From: Desulfocapsa sulfexigens DSM 10523 | GTDB taxonomy: Bacteria > Desulfobacterota > Desulfobulbia > Desulfobulbales > Desulfocapsaceae | NCBI RefSeq assembly: GCF_000341395.1 | Contig: NC_020304.1 | Span: 780,001-812,000 of the forward strand | Direction of reading: 5' to 3' | Length of the DNA: 32,000 bases | Shown here: positions 1 through 8,405 of the stretch, in pieces | Position numbering within the stretch: position 1 is the first letter of the stretch | Layout of the letters: every line of letters begins with the position of its first letter | Position numbers and translations under genes: made by a program | The notes under the pieces: model-generated | Seen by the model: only the letters and a program-made list of their open reading frames with translations | Database searches by the model: none | What the model was told of the DNA's origin: nothing

Positions 1-207
1 ATATCCACCATACACTTTAAAGCCCGTGTCGCTATCGTCACAGGTCAACAAGCCATCACAAACGTCACGGCCATAGGAAGTACCTGCGCTAATACCCATG
101 TAGAATGCATCTGTACCTTTCACCGATGGGGCTTCTTCTAATGCCACCGCAAGAGTAGATACTGATAATAGTGTTGTAGCTATGGTAATAATAGTTTTAG
201 TTTTCAT
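1..207 (-). CDS. Outer-membrane beta-barrel-like protein, N-terminal part only (runs off the window)
   Basis: Manual minus-strand translation from ATG at 207: MKTKTIITIATTLLSVSTLAVALEEAPSVKGTDAFYMGISAGTSYGRDVCDGLLTCDDSDTGFKVYGGY... Signal peptide followed by a beta-barrel-like repeat (FYMGISAG...GFKVYGGY). Open to the window edge. Confidence 0.55.
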   Translation of the reverse strand, partial: MKTKTIITIATTLLSVSTLAVALEEAPSVKGTDAFYMGISAGTSYGRDVCDGLLTCDDSDTGFKVYGGY

Positions 208-919
208 TCTTCTCCTTCTCCTGGTTATCTTCCAACTGGGTCACTGAACCCTGTGTCTCTGATTTCAGTTGAGCCCCTTCAATTTCTACAATGACAATAT
301 CTAAACCTTCACCATACTTATTATTAATTACTCTGGCAATTCCATCAGCATCATACGATACATCCATTGAAACCGTGCCAACATTCTCATTAAAGCTCTC
401 TGAGTACTTGGGACTGGACACTAGGCCCGAAAGAGGGCCAAGCAACACTGCAGCCGTTGCTGGATCCATTCCAGATGATTCGTCCCCCATTATCTCTTGT
501 CCTATATTCCAATTGACTACAATGTCACCAAGATAGTTCGTCTTCTTAGGGTGAACATTGAAGGCATAGCTTAACGCAAGGTTCTGAAGCGGTAGTGTGG
601 GGTAACCCTCATAATAATTGATACCCGTTAGAACTTGCCTACCCTGATCGAAGTCAAATGCAAACAAACGCCCCGGTAATGTCTTAATGGGAGTACCAAC
701 AGAACTTTCATTAAAGAATAGTGCACATTGGTTTGTAACGTCTTTACCATTGATTTGAACACTGATTGTCCCTGCCACTAGACCCTGTTGGTCATTCAGG
801 GCAGACAGGGACTCAACATTACCCTTCGCACCACACCCACCTAAAGTCAGTGACACCAACAATGTCAATATCACAGACAGAATCGGATATGTTAATTGTC
901 TACGACGTACCATAATCAT
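197..919 (-). CDS. Putative lipoprotein of unknown function
   Basis: Signal sequence with lipobox-like LTLGGC near the N-terminus. 240 aa, overlaps the next downstream start by 11 nt. Confidence 0.6.
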   Translation of the reverse strand: MIMVRRRQLTYPILSVILTLLVSLTLGGCGAKGNVESLSALNDQQGLVAGTISVQINGKDVTNQCALFFNESSVGTPIKTLPGRLFAFDFDQGRQVLTGINYYEGYPTLPLQNLALSYAFNVHPKKTNYLGDIVVNWNIGQEIMGDESSGMDPATAAVLLGPLSGLVSSPKYSESFNENVGTVSMDVSYDADGIARVINNKYGEGLDIVIVEIEGAQLKSETQGSVTQLEDNQEKEKNEN

Positions 920-946
920 CTCTCTTGTATTCAGTTTATCTTTGTA

Positions 947-1309
947 TCAATCATACCGTACTGGTTGTGGAGGCAAGTCAGATGTATCGCAATCAATCTC
1001 CTTGGCAAGAGCAAGTAACCTGATATTCCGATCTAATAGTGCATTCCCCTCAATCCCATCTGCATTTTTAAAGTCCGCCAATCCAGGCCAAACTAAAGCA
1101 CCCACGATAACATCCTGAACATCATCACCATTATTCTTATCAATCTTAGCTGTAGCGACTTCTGTGTTTGACTTATACGCAACTGTTATCTCTTGGCAGA
1201 CGAGATTAAGATCATTCGCTTGCTTCATCATTACGGGGTTAGGATCTCTAGTGTTAGCGCATCCTGTAAATAGAAATAACAAGAGAACAACACCAATAAA
1301 GTTCTTCAT
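947..1309 (-). CDS. Small putative lipoprotein of unknown function
   Basis: MKNFIGVVLLLFLFTGCANT: canonical lipoprotein signal. AGGAG-like RBS upstream (GAAAGGAGATTG). Confidence 0.6.
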   Translation of the reverse strand: MKNFIGVVLLLFLFTGCANTRDPNPVMMKQANDLNLVCQEITVAYKSNTEVATAKIDKNNGDDVQDVIVGALVWPGLADFKNADGIEGNALLDRNIRLLALAKEIDCDTSDLPPQPVRYD

Positions 1310-1724
1310 TTTACAATCTCCTTTCAGTGAAACATCTTGACCTTCCCATACTATATTGAGACACTTGCTTGCCGCAATGTCACATAAGTACCAACGCTTC
1401 TACTTTGCATGCCTGAGCGTGTCAACACCAAACATATGTTCAGTATTGACACTCGTTCCCACTTGCGCCCAGAGATACCGATACCACAGACTTTATAAAT
1501 AAATATAGCTACATATTTAATTCCTAAAATTATCTTGGATACCATTCCGCCCACCATCTGAGATACTCTTCATTGCTATCAAAGCTCAAGGCAACAATTA
1601 GCTTCTTATCCTTAACTATAGGTCTTGCTTATCCACACATGAGCACTCTGAGGTAGATTCCAGCTTCTTACCACCAGTTGACTTTATATATTATTCATAA
1701 GGAAGAGAGTGACTACCCTCCACT

Positions 1725-1784
1725 GGCGGGGGAGCCCAAAGCTAGAGCGACGACCTCCTACCCCTTCAGATTACTCCCCCCACC
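1725..1784. repeat. Long imperfect inverted repeat GGCGGGGGAG ... CTCCCCCCACC
   Basis: GGCGGGGGAG (1725-1734) pairs with CTCCCCCCACC (1774-1784) with one bulged C and one G-U pair, about 39 nt apart, upstream of the ardA-like gene. Confidence 0.5.
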
Positions 1785-1853
1785 CTTGTCTTAAATTCGA
1801 GAGATTAAGGTAAAGAGTTAAGGAACCTAATCATAATACTAAGGAGGTTAATA

Positions 1854-2339
1854 ATGGAGATCTACGTAACTAATCTAAGTCAATACAACGCTGGGAAGCT
1901 TGTCGGGGAATGGCTGGAACTACCTTGTAGTGAGGAAGAGCTACAGGATGCTTTAAGCAGAGTTCTAGACCCTGATAAGGAATACTTTATAACGGATACA
2001 GAAGGCCTTCCCTTCACTGTTAATGAGTATGATAATATCTACAGAGTGAATGAGAAGCTAGAACAATACGTGGCTCTGGAAGCAACAGAGGCGCTCTGTG
2101 TAACCTTCTTGCTCTCGGAGGGTTACGACTGGAATTACTCAATAGAACACCATGAAGATGTGATTGTCTACGCTGAGCAGAACCTTGAGGATGTAGCTTA
2201 CTCTTTGGTTGAAGATGGGTGCTTTGGAGCTATAGGAACTTCTCTAGAGAACTATATTGATTACTCAGCAATAGCAAGAGACCTTAGCTATGATGGTTAC
2301 AGAGAGAGAGAAGAAGGAGTCTTCTATTATGTTGGGTAG
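1854..2339 (+). CDS. ardA: ArdA-like antirestriction protein
   Basis: Typical ArdA N-terminus IYVTNLSQYNAGKLVGEWLELPCSEEELQDAL, then EYFITDTEG, acidic protein. RBS AAGGAGG at 1841-1847. Confidence 0.85.
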   Translation: MEIYVTNLSQYNAGKLVGEWLELPCSEEELQDALSRVLDPDKEYFITDTEGLPFTVNEYDNIYRVNEKLEQYVALEATEALCVTFLLSEGYDWNYSIEHHEDVIVYAEQNLEDVAYSLVEDGCFGAIGTSLENYIDYSAIARDLSYDGYREREEGVFYYVG

Positions 2340-2520
2340 ATTAACAGTGCTGAGGAAGGTCTGCCGAGGCCATAGGAGCTACTTTGAATGCAGGTGTATC
2401 TGTGGTACTATTAAGGAGATACGAGCCGATAACATCCTCTCAGGCCTCACACAGAGCTGTGGGTGCTTAAGCAGGGAGAAGGCATCTGAGAGACTCAGAA
2501 GATTACATGGAGGACAATAA
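2329..2520 (+). CDS. Small CxC...SCGCL zinc-binding-like protein
   Basis: MLGRLTVLRKVCRGHRSYFECRCICGTIKEIRADNILSGLTQSCGCL resembles the small Cys-rich DNA-binding domain found beside phage homing/HNH genes. The likely start at 2329 (AAGGAG RBS at 2313-2318) overlaps the ardA stop, so the track start at 2290 is probably too early. Confidence 0.6.
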   Translation: MLGRLTVLRKVCRGHRSYFECRCICGTIKEIRADNILSGLTQSCGCLSREKASERLRRLHGGQ

Positions 2521-2521
2521 G

Positions 2522-2773
2522 ATGTGTCTTGAGTTTAATGAGGAGAACAGGGAAGAAGAAGATGATGAGATGTACGAAGTGGGAGCTTATAAGAGTTATA
2601 CGACTGTCAGGAATTCAATGAAGCCATGGGGAACTAAGAATGCCATTGTCTACAATGATGTCATGGAGGAACTCAACTATAGTGACAATGACGGACGTTT
2701 GTATACTCTCAAGTTGTTCACACACCATCCACTAGACGACAGGATAGTTTTGGGATCATCAGATCCGCTTTAA
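2522..2773 (+). CDS. Small protein of unknown function encoded in the ardA operon
   Basis: ATG at 2522, 1 nt after the previous stop, preceded by GGAGGA (2509-2514). The track gives 2507 as start. No recognised family. Confidence 0.5.
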   Translation: MCLEFNEENREEEDDEMYEVGAYKSYTTVRNSMKPWGTKNAIVYNDVMEELNYSDNDGRLYTLKLFTHHPLDDRIVLGSSDPL

Positions 2774-2854
2774 AGCTACTAACAGTCTACCAGAGAAACA
2801 ACAACAGAGAGTAACTATCCGAATAATAAGAATTAATATAGGTGAACAGTAAGT

Positions 2855-2894
2855 ATTTTGAGTCCAGTGCGTCTACCAGTTTCACCACTCCGGC
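2855..2894 (-). pseudogene. 5' half of tRNA-Leu (anticodon CAA), truncated after the anticodon loop
   Basis: Minus strand reads GCCGGAGTGGTGAAACTGGTAGACGCACTGGACTCAAAAT: acceptor 5' strand, leucine-type D-arm (GTGGTGAAACTGGTAGACGC), and anticodon stem and loop CTCAAAA. The expected CCAG...TTCGA...CTCCGGC 3' half is absent and replaced by ACTTACTGTTC. Confidence 0.85.
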
Positions 2895-2959
2895 ATAAAT
2901 AGAATGGATGGGTGATTAATACTGTAAATGGTTCCGAACTGTCAAGAAAAATGGCGTAT

Positions 2960-3520
2960 TCAGGAAGCTTCCACGAAAATATTACGAAGAGTATACGTAT
3001 AATTAACTGCTGACCAGACACTCAAAACCACTGAGATATACAGCAGCACCATTCCAGATTCATACTGAAATGGAATGGGGAGAAGATTCAATGGAAAAAG
3101 CAGCAAACCAACACCATAATACTGAAAATTACTTTTAATTTTGCCGAGATTGTCGGCAGCCACAACTATCCCTCTGGATGCCGCAAGACCACGAATTCCC
3201 GTTATAAAAATCTCACGACCGATTATAATCAGGCAGACCCAGGCCGGTACACGACCGAGGGGAATAAGCATAATAAGAGCCGCCGTTACCAGAAGTTTAT
3301 CGGCAAGCGGATCCATAAGTTTTCCAAGAATTGATTCTGAATGATACTTTCTTGCGAGATAGCCATCGAGCCAATCAGTAAAAGCGGCGAGTGCGAAAAC
3401 TGACCAGGCAAGAAAGGCAATGAAAACAGTCTGCTCCAGTGTCATGAGAAACACCAGCAGAGGGATCATCAGAAATCGCATCCCGGTTAGAATATTTGGC
3501 CAGGTCATAAGTTGCTTCAT
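2960..3520 (-). CDS. pgsA: CDP-diacylglycerol--glycerol-3-phosphate 3-phosphatidyltransferase
   Basis: CDP-alcohol phosphatidyltransferase motif DWLDGYLARKYHSESILGKLMDPLADK. N-terminus MTWPNILTGMRFLMIPLLV. Confidence 0.93.
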   Translation of the reverse strand: MKQLMTWPNILTGMRFLMIPLLVFLMTLEQTVFIAFLAWSVFALAAFTDWLDGYLARKYHSESILGKLMDPLADKLLVTAALIMLIPLGRVPAWVCLIIIGREIFITGIRGLAASRGIVVAADNLGKIKSNFQYYGVGLLLFPLNLLPIPFQYESGMVLLYISVVLSVWSAVNYTYTLRNIFVEAS

Positions 3521-3542
3521 TGGATGCCTTCACACATTTCGA

Positions 3543-4259
3543 TTATTTCTCATTGAGTGCGGCAATCCTGATTCGAGACTGCTGGATATTGCCCCTATAG
3601 CCTTTATAATGGCCCATAACTTTTTGAACATAACGAACAGTTTCTGGAATTTTCGGGATTCGCTGGAGGCGTTTCACCAATGTCGGTCCGGCATTATAAG
3701 CAGCCAGACTCAGTGGTACATTACCATCAAAGAGATCTAACATATCCCTTAGATAACGGGTACCACCGTCGATGTTTTCGTGTGGATTAAATGGGTTGCG
3801 AACATTAAGCCCCCTTGCCGTCTCTGGCATCAACTGCATTAATCCCTGAGCACCTGATTTGGACAGGGCGTAGCAATCAAAATCTGATTCAGTTTTAATA
3901 ACCGCCTTTATCAGATAGGGATCAACATTATACTGACGACTGGATCGTCTGATATGATAATCATATGAAGAGGCATCATGCCTTGTCTGCCTCGGCCGAA
4001 AAACTGGCTGAAGTGACGCGGTTACGACTCCAGGCCTTCTGCTTATCCCGACCCGTTTACTTAAAGGGCGGCAGTTAACAGAACTGTTCATATTGGTATA
4101 CTGCTTTTTCCCGGCAGCATCCACACAAACATACATCTCCGCTTCCGCCTCAGACTGCAACAGAAACAGCAGAAAAAATCCTGCAAACAGAGTTAGAAGA
4201 GTAACCGTTTTTCCCATATGATTTTTTCCTGCTACTTCTATTTCTTTCTGTTTTCCCAA
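3543..4259 (-). CDS. Lytic transglycosylase (SLT family) with N-terminal DUF4124-like segment
   Basis: [61 protein letters not shown] is a classic SLT motif. [17 protein letters not shown] matches the DUF4124 style. Confidence 0.92.
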   Translation of the reverse strand: MGKQKEIEVAGKNHMGKTVTLLTLFAGFFLLFLLQSEAEAEMYVCVDAAGKKQYTNMNSSVNCRPLSKRVGISRRPGVVTASLQPVFRPRQTRHDASSYDYHIRRSSRQYNVDPYLIKAVIKTESDFDCYALSKSGAQGLMQLMPETARGLNVRNPFNPHENIDGGTRYLRDMLDLFDGNVPLSLAAYNAGPTLVKRLQRIPKIPETVRYVQKVMGHYKGYRGNIQQSRIRIAALNEK

Positions 4260-4882
4260 TCAGATAAAAACTGTTCAATCCCTATGTCGGTGAGCGGATG
4301 CTTAGCAAGCTGTTCTATCACTTTCAACGGAATAGTCGCAATATCAGCTCCGATGGCGGCAGATTCCATAACGTGCTGCGGACTACGAACGCTTGCCACT
4401 ATCACCTCTGTCTGAAATCCATAAATACGGAAAATCGACATAATTTCACTTACCAGATCCATTCCCGGAGTACCTATATCATCCAGACGGCCAACAAAGG
4501 GAGAGACATAGGTTGCCCCGGCTTTTGCAGCAAGCAGCGCCTGGGCAGCTGAGAATATCAGAGTGACATTGGTTTTAATACCAAGAGCAGTGAGTTGCTT
4601 AACAGCCTTAATGCCCTCCATGATCATGGGAATTTTAATCACAATATTATCACTCATGGCAGCAAGTACTTTTGCCTCCTCAATCATCCCCTCTGCTTCA
4701 AGACTCACAACTTCAGCACTGATGGGACCATCAACAACGGCCACGATGTCTCTAAGGATCTCCTCAAAAGGCTTATTCTCTTTGGCAATCAGTGATGGAT
4801 TGGTGGTCACTCCATCAACCATGCCCATGGCAATACCTTTCTTGATCTGTTCGAGATTGGCGGTATCTATAAAAAATTTCAT
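4238..4882 (-). CDS. tal: Transaldolase / fructose-6-phosphate aldolase-like protein
   Basis: [35 protein letters not shown] ... [18 protein letters not shown] ... [13 protein letters not shown]. Start placed at MKFF rather than the upstream ATG. Confidence 0.93.
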   Translation of the reverse strand: MKFFIDTANLEQIKKGIAMGMVDGVTTNPSLIAKENKPFEEILRDIVAVVDGPISAEVVSLEAEGMIEEAKVLAAMSDNIVIKIPMIMEGIKAVKQLTALGIKTNVTLIFSAAQALLAAKAGATYVSPFVGRLDDIGTPGMDLVSEIMSIFRIYGFQTEVIVASVRSPQHVMESAAIGADIATIPLKVIEQLAKHPLTDIGIEQFLSDWENRKK

Positions 4883-5157
4883 TTCTTTTCTCCTTCTTGA
4901 CTGACAAATAAATTGCAGCACTCTTCACTGCAGAAATACAGGATTTCACCTCTTGTCTGAGAATTGAGTCGAACAGCCTGCTCCCTGGGAACCAGTTTGT
5001 GACAGACCGGATCTTCAACCAGCACATCGGCAATCGGCCCGTCATCCTGTTTGTGAATTTCTTCCTTTGTATCCCTTTTTTTCTTCCAGTCACTGGCCAG
5101 CAACCGATATCCAAGGTACAGAAGAAGGGCTATGATAATTAGTTTTATCGGACCCAT
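4879..5157 (-). CDS. Small membrane-anchored protein with YHS/TRASH-like Cys motif
   Basis: N-terminal TM helix ([17 protein letters not shown]), then [16 protein letters not shown]...[11 protein letters not shown]. Confidence 0.7.
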   Translation of the reverse strand: MGPIKLIIIALLLYLGYRLLASDWKKKRDTKEEIHKQDDGPIADVLVEDPVCHKLVPREQAVRLNSQTRGEILYFCSEECCNLFVSQEGEKK

Positions 5158-5200
5158 GTCAATAGTATAGTATCATTTTCTCTAAAAAGTCGATGGCAAA

Positions 5201-5734
5201 TCATGCCCAGGTATCACGCTTGATGTCTTGAACGGCTACTATTCCTGCGTCCATCTGTTGCAGAAGCTTTTGATGCATCGCCACTGCTGTCAGTCCATTA
5301 GCTGGGTCAATGTGCTCCGGATCAATCTCTACAAGAGGCTCCAGCACAAAGAGTCTTTCCCCAATATGAGGATGCGGCAACACAAGCTTACTGGATGTCA
5401 GGACACACCCATCAAAGTAAAGAATATCCAGGTCAAGCAGACGATCCTCATACCCTTTCCCAACCATTTTTCTGCTACGGCCAAATTCTTTCTCCACCTG
5501 CTGCAACACCACAAGCAGAGATTCGGGGGGAAGAGTTGTCTCCAGAATCCCGACTGCATTCAGAAAAAGATTACTGCTGTCCATCCCCACGGGTTCAGTA
5601 ATATAAGGGCTGGAAAGACAGATGGAATCAAGCGCCTCCTCATTGCCCAGTCGTCGCCAGGCTTTCTGCAAGATTTGTTTACTCTCGCCAAGGTTTGAGC
5701 CAAGCGCCACCCAGACCCGACTTCTACCACTCAA
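5201..5734 (-). CDS. folK: 2-amino-4-hydroxy-6-hydroxymethyldihydropteridine diphosphokinase
   Basis: VWVALGSNLGES, LEKEFGR, DRLLDLDILYFDG, LPHPHIGERLFVLEPL motifs. Confidence 0.94.
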   Translation of the reverse strand: MSGRSRVWVALGSNLGESKQILQKAWRRLGNEEALDSICLSSPYITEPVGMDSSNLFLNAVGILETTLPPESLLVVLQQVEKEFGRSRKMVGKGYEDRLLDLDILYFDGCVLTSSKLVLPHPHIGERLFVLEPLVEIDPEHIDPANGLTAVAMHQKLLQQMDAGIVAVQDIKRDTWA

Positions 5735-5736
5735 GC

Positions 5737-6546
5737 CTATAGATCCTGTAATCCCAGGACATCAAACATGGTGTAAAGGCCCGGTTTCTTGTCGGCAATC
5801 CAGGCAGCAGCTTTTGCTGCGCCCTGAGCAAAATTATCACGACTGTGGGCACGATGAGTGATTTCAATCCGTTCCCCGGGGCCACAAAAATAAATAGTGT
5901 GCTCCCCAACGATATCGCCGCCGCGAACGGTCTGAACACCAATCTCTTCCACGCTGCGTTCACCAATTATGCCATTTCGTTCGTAGACTCCGACTTCAGC
6001 AAGGTTTCTCTTCACCCCGGAGGCCGCCATCTCAGCAAGTTTCAGAGCAGTACCCGAGGGTGCATCTTTTTTCTTGTTGTGATGGAGTTCCACAATCTCT
6101 ATATTGTAATCATCCCCGAGGATAGAAGCGGTTTTAGCTGCGAGTTTAAAAAGGACATTGACACCTACTGCCATATTGGGCGCCTGGACACAGGGAAAAT
6201 CAGTGGAAAGCTGTTTCAACTCTTCAAGATTCTCTGCACTGAGGCCCGTGGTACCAATAACCATGGCAGTCTTATGTGCTGCTGCTATTTTTGCAAAACC
6301 CATTGTGGCTTTGTGAAAAGTGAAGTCGATAATCACGTCACCCTTATCGATTACAGCTTCCAGTCCTTCCTCAATGGTCACACCAGCACTGCCCCAGCCA
6401 CCCATTTCACCGGGATCACGCCCTATAGCCGAACTTCCTGTTGCCTCAAATGCAGCAGCATAATGAAGTTCAGGGTGCTGCGAAACCATATATCCAATAC
6501 GCTGCCCCATTCTTCCGGCAGCGCCTGCAATAATTACATTTATCAT
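5737..6546 (-). CDS. dapB: 4-hydroxy-tetrahydrodipicolinate reductase
   Basis: IIAGAAGRMGQRI, PNMAVGVNVLFKL, EIVELHHNKKKDAPSGTALKLAE. Confidence 0.96.
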   Translation of the reverse strand: MINVIIAGAAGRMGQRIGYMVSQHPELHYAAAFEATGSSAIGRDPGEMGGWGSAGVTIEEGLEAVIDKGDVIIDFTFHKATMGFAKIAAAHKTAMVIGTTGLSAENLEELKQLSTDFPCVQAPNMAVGVNVLFKLAAKTASILGDDYNIEIVELHHNKKKDAPSGTALKLAEMAASGVKRNLAEVGVYERNGIIGERSVEEIGVQTVRGGDIVGEHTIYFCGPGERIEITHRAHSRDNFAQGAAKAAAWIADKKPGLYTMFDVLGLQDL

Positions 6547-6570
6547 CTGTTTCTTCCTTAAGCTGTTTTC

Positions 6571-7452
6571 CTACAGAAGACCTGCATCTTTCATAGCTCC
6601 TTTCAGAGTTTGCAGAGCCTTGTCATCAATCTCGGTCAATGGCAGTCGTGGTAAACCATTTTTGATTTTACCCATGAGTTCCACGCCTTTTTTTGCGGGA
6701 ACCGGATTTGGGGCCGCAAACATCGATGTCATCAGGGGGAAGAGACTGTAGTGAATCTCATTTGCCTTTTTGATATCACCGGAAAGTGCAGCTTCCATCA
6801 GATCTGCCATACCACGAGGATGCACATTCGATGTAACTGAGATAACACCTTTACCCCCTATAAAAACTGTTGGCATTGAGGTGAAATCATCCCCTGAGAG
6901 GACGATGAAATCGTCTGGACACTGACGAATTATCTCACTTATCTGCTGCAACGATGCAGAGGCTTCCTTGATACCGATGATATTTTCAAGTTCAGCCAGA
7001 CGTGCGACAGTCTCAGGCAGCATATTGGTAACGGTTCGGCTCGGAACATTATACAGGATAACTGGGATATCAACAGCTTCTGCAATTGCCTTAAAGTGTT
7101 GATACAGGCCTTCCTGACTTGGCTTATTGTAATAAGGGACCACGGAAAGAGTGGCATCCGCCCCGCTGGCCTTTGCACTTTTCGCAAGATCAATGGATTC
7201 GGCGGTTGAGTTGGCGCCCGTTCCGGCAATTACTGGAACACGTCCGGCAACAGTTTTTACTGTAAGCTCAATAATCCGTTTATGCTCATCAAAGCTCACA
7301 GTTGCTGATTCACCCGTCGTTCCACAGGGGACGATTCCGTGAGTGCCATTTTCAATCTGAAAATTAATCAGATCAACCAGCCCCTGCTCGTCAATTTTAT
7401 TATTAATAAAAGGGGTAACAATTGCAACGATTGCGCCATGATATTTTTCCAT
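6571..7452 (-). CDS. dapA: 4-hydroxy-tetrahydrodipicolinate synthase
   Basis: GIVPCGTTGESATVSFDEH, VPVIAGTGANST, PYYNKPSQEGLYQHF, LYNVPSRT, GIKEAS. Confidence 0.96.
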   Translation of the reverse strand: MEKYHGAIVAIVTPFINNKIDEQGLVDLINFQIENGTHGIVPCGTTGESATVSFDEHKRIIELTVKTVAGRVPVIAGTGANSTAESIDLAKSAKASGADATLSVVPYYNKPSQEGLYQHFKAIAEAVDIPVILYNVPSRTVTNMLPETVARLAELENIIGIKEASASLQQISEIIRQCPDDFIVLSGDDFTSMPTVFIGGKGVISVTSNVHPRGMADLMEAALSGDIKKANEIHYSLFPLMTSMFAAPNPVPAKKGVELMGKIKNGLPRLPLTEIDDKALQTLKGAMKDAGLL

Positions 7453-7561
7453 GATTCTATTCTCCTTCTCTTCCTTCTCTATTAGGCTGAAGACCGAAGG
7501 TTACAGGCTGAAGTAAAAGAATAAATACCCTCTCCCTCTTCCTCTTTCCCTTCTGCCTCGT

Positions 7562-8404
7562 TCATTCCAGTGATTCGGCCGTTAGCTGGCCGATGTAGAT
7601 AATTCGTGCCGGTCCCTGCAGATATACATTCTCTGCAGTACCATCCTGATTCAGATCAAAGACTATGGTCAATTTTTCTCCACCCGAGGTGATAACAGTC
7701 ACCGGCGAGACCACAAGTCCCCTGTTCGCCGCAAATATTGCGGAAGCAACAGCCCCTGTCCCGCAGGCCATGGTTTCATCCTCCACGCCCCGCTCATATG
7801 TGCGAACCCGGACAGTGCCATCATTCAGAGATTGAACAAAGTTGACATTCGTCCCAGCGGGAGCAAACTGCTCATGGAATCGAATTGCATGACCCCATTT
7901 TTTCACAGCAATTTCCGCGCCCTCATCTTTAAAAATAACCGCATGGGGAACTCCGGAGTTCATAAAAGAAATCTCCGTCGCCTCTCCGTCAAGCTCTGCT
8001 TCAAGACCACTTCGATAATCAAAGGGTGCCGTCATCAACAGGCTTACATCTCCGCTATCATTTAAAACCTCGGCCTCAATAATTCCCGCCAGGGTCTCAA
8101 AAGACATTTTCCTTTCTGCAATCCCTCTGGCAAATGCAAAGCGGGCTGCACATCGGGCACCGTTTCCACACATTTCAGCTATGGAGCCATCTCCATTGTA
8201 AAACCGCCAGCTAAAATCCGCCTTCTCTGAACCTTCAATAAAAATAACTCCATCTGCACCAACGGAAAACATCCGACGGCAGACACGGCGTACGAAATCG
8301 GACTGTTTATCTTCCGGTACCAAAAGTCTGCGATGGTCAATGACTATAAAATCATTGCCAGTACCGCTCATTTTGGCAAAGGGTACAGGAAATTCGATAT
8401 CCAT
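7562..8404 (-). CDS. dapF: Diaminopimelate epimerase
   Basis: FAKMSGTGNDFIVID, EMCGNGARCAARFA, ERGVEDETMACGTGAVASA. Start taken at 8404 (MDIEFPVPFAK), 1 nt after the lysA stop. Confidence 0.95.
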   Translation of the reverse strand: MDIEFPVPFAKMSGTGNDFIVIDHRRLLVPEDKQSDFVRRVCRRMFSVGADGVIFIEGSEKADFSWRFYNGDGSIAEMCGNGARCAARFAFARGIAERKMSFETLAGIIEAEVLNDSGDVSLLMTAPFDYRSGLEAELDGEATEISFMNSGVPHAVIFKDEGAEIAVKKWGHAIRFHEQFAPAGTNVNFVQSLNDGTVRVRTYERGVEDETMACGTGAVASAIFAANRGLVVSPVTVITSGGEKLTIVFDLNQDGTAENVYLQGPARIIYIGQLTAESLE

Positions 8405-8405
8405 A

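Noticed and set aside
1351-1557. 68-aa minus-strand ORF upstream of the lipoprotein
   Set aside because: No convincing RBS or domain, and it covers the dyad and probable promoter region.
1700-1800. Possible tRNA or tRNA-Leu 3' half in the GC-rich segment
   Set aside because: No TTCRA T-loop, CCA end or CTCCGGC acceptor strand could be placed. Only a long inverted repeat is supported.
2840-2894. Group I intron within tRNA-Leu
   Set aside because: The break falls after nt 39 rather than at the usual anticodon-loop intron position, and no 3' exon is visible nearby. Not excluded, but not supported.
2833-3021. 62-aa minus-strand ORF across the tRNA fragment
   Set aside because: It spans the tRNA-Leu remnant and intergenic sequence, with no family resemblance. 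Chance ORF.
5845-6561. 238-aa plus-strand ORF antisense to dapB
   Set aside because: It lies antisense to a clearly conserved gene and is explained by codon bias shadowing.
7453-7561. Short direct repeat AGGCTGAAG in the dapA/dapF gap
   Set aside because: Two 9-bp copies in low-complexity CT-rich intergenic sequence, not distinguishable from chance.
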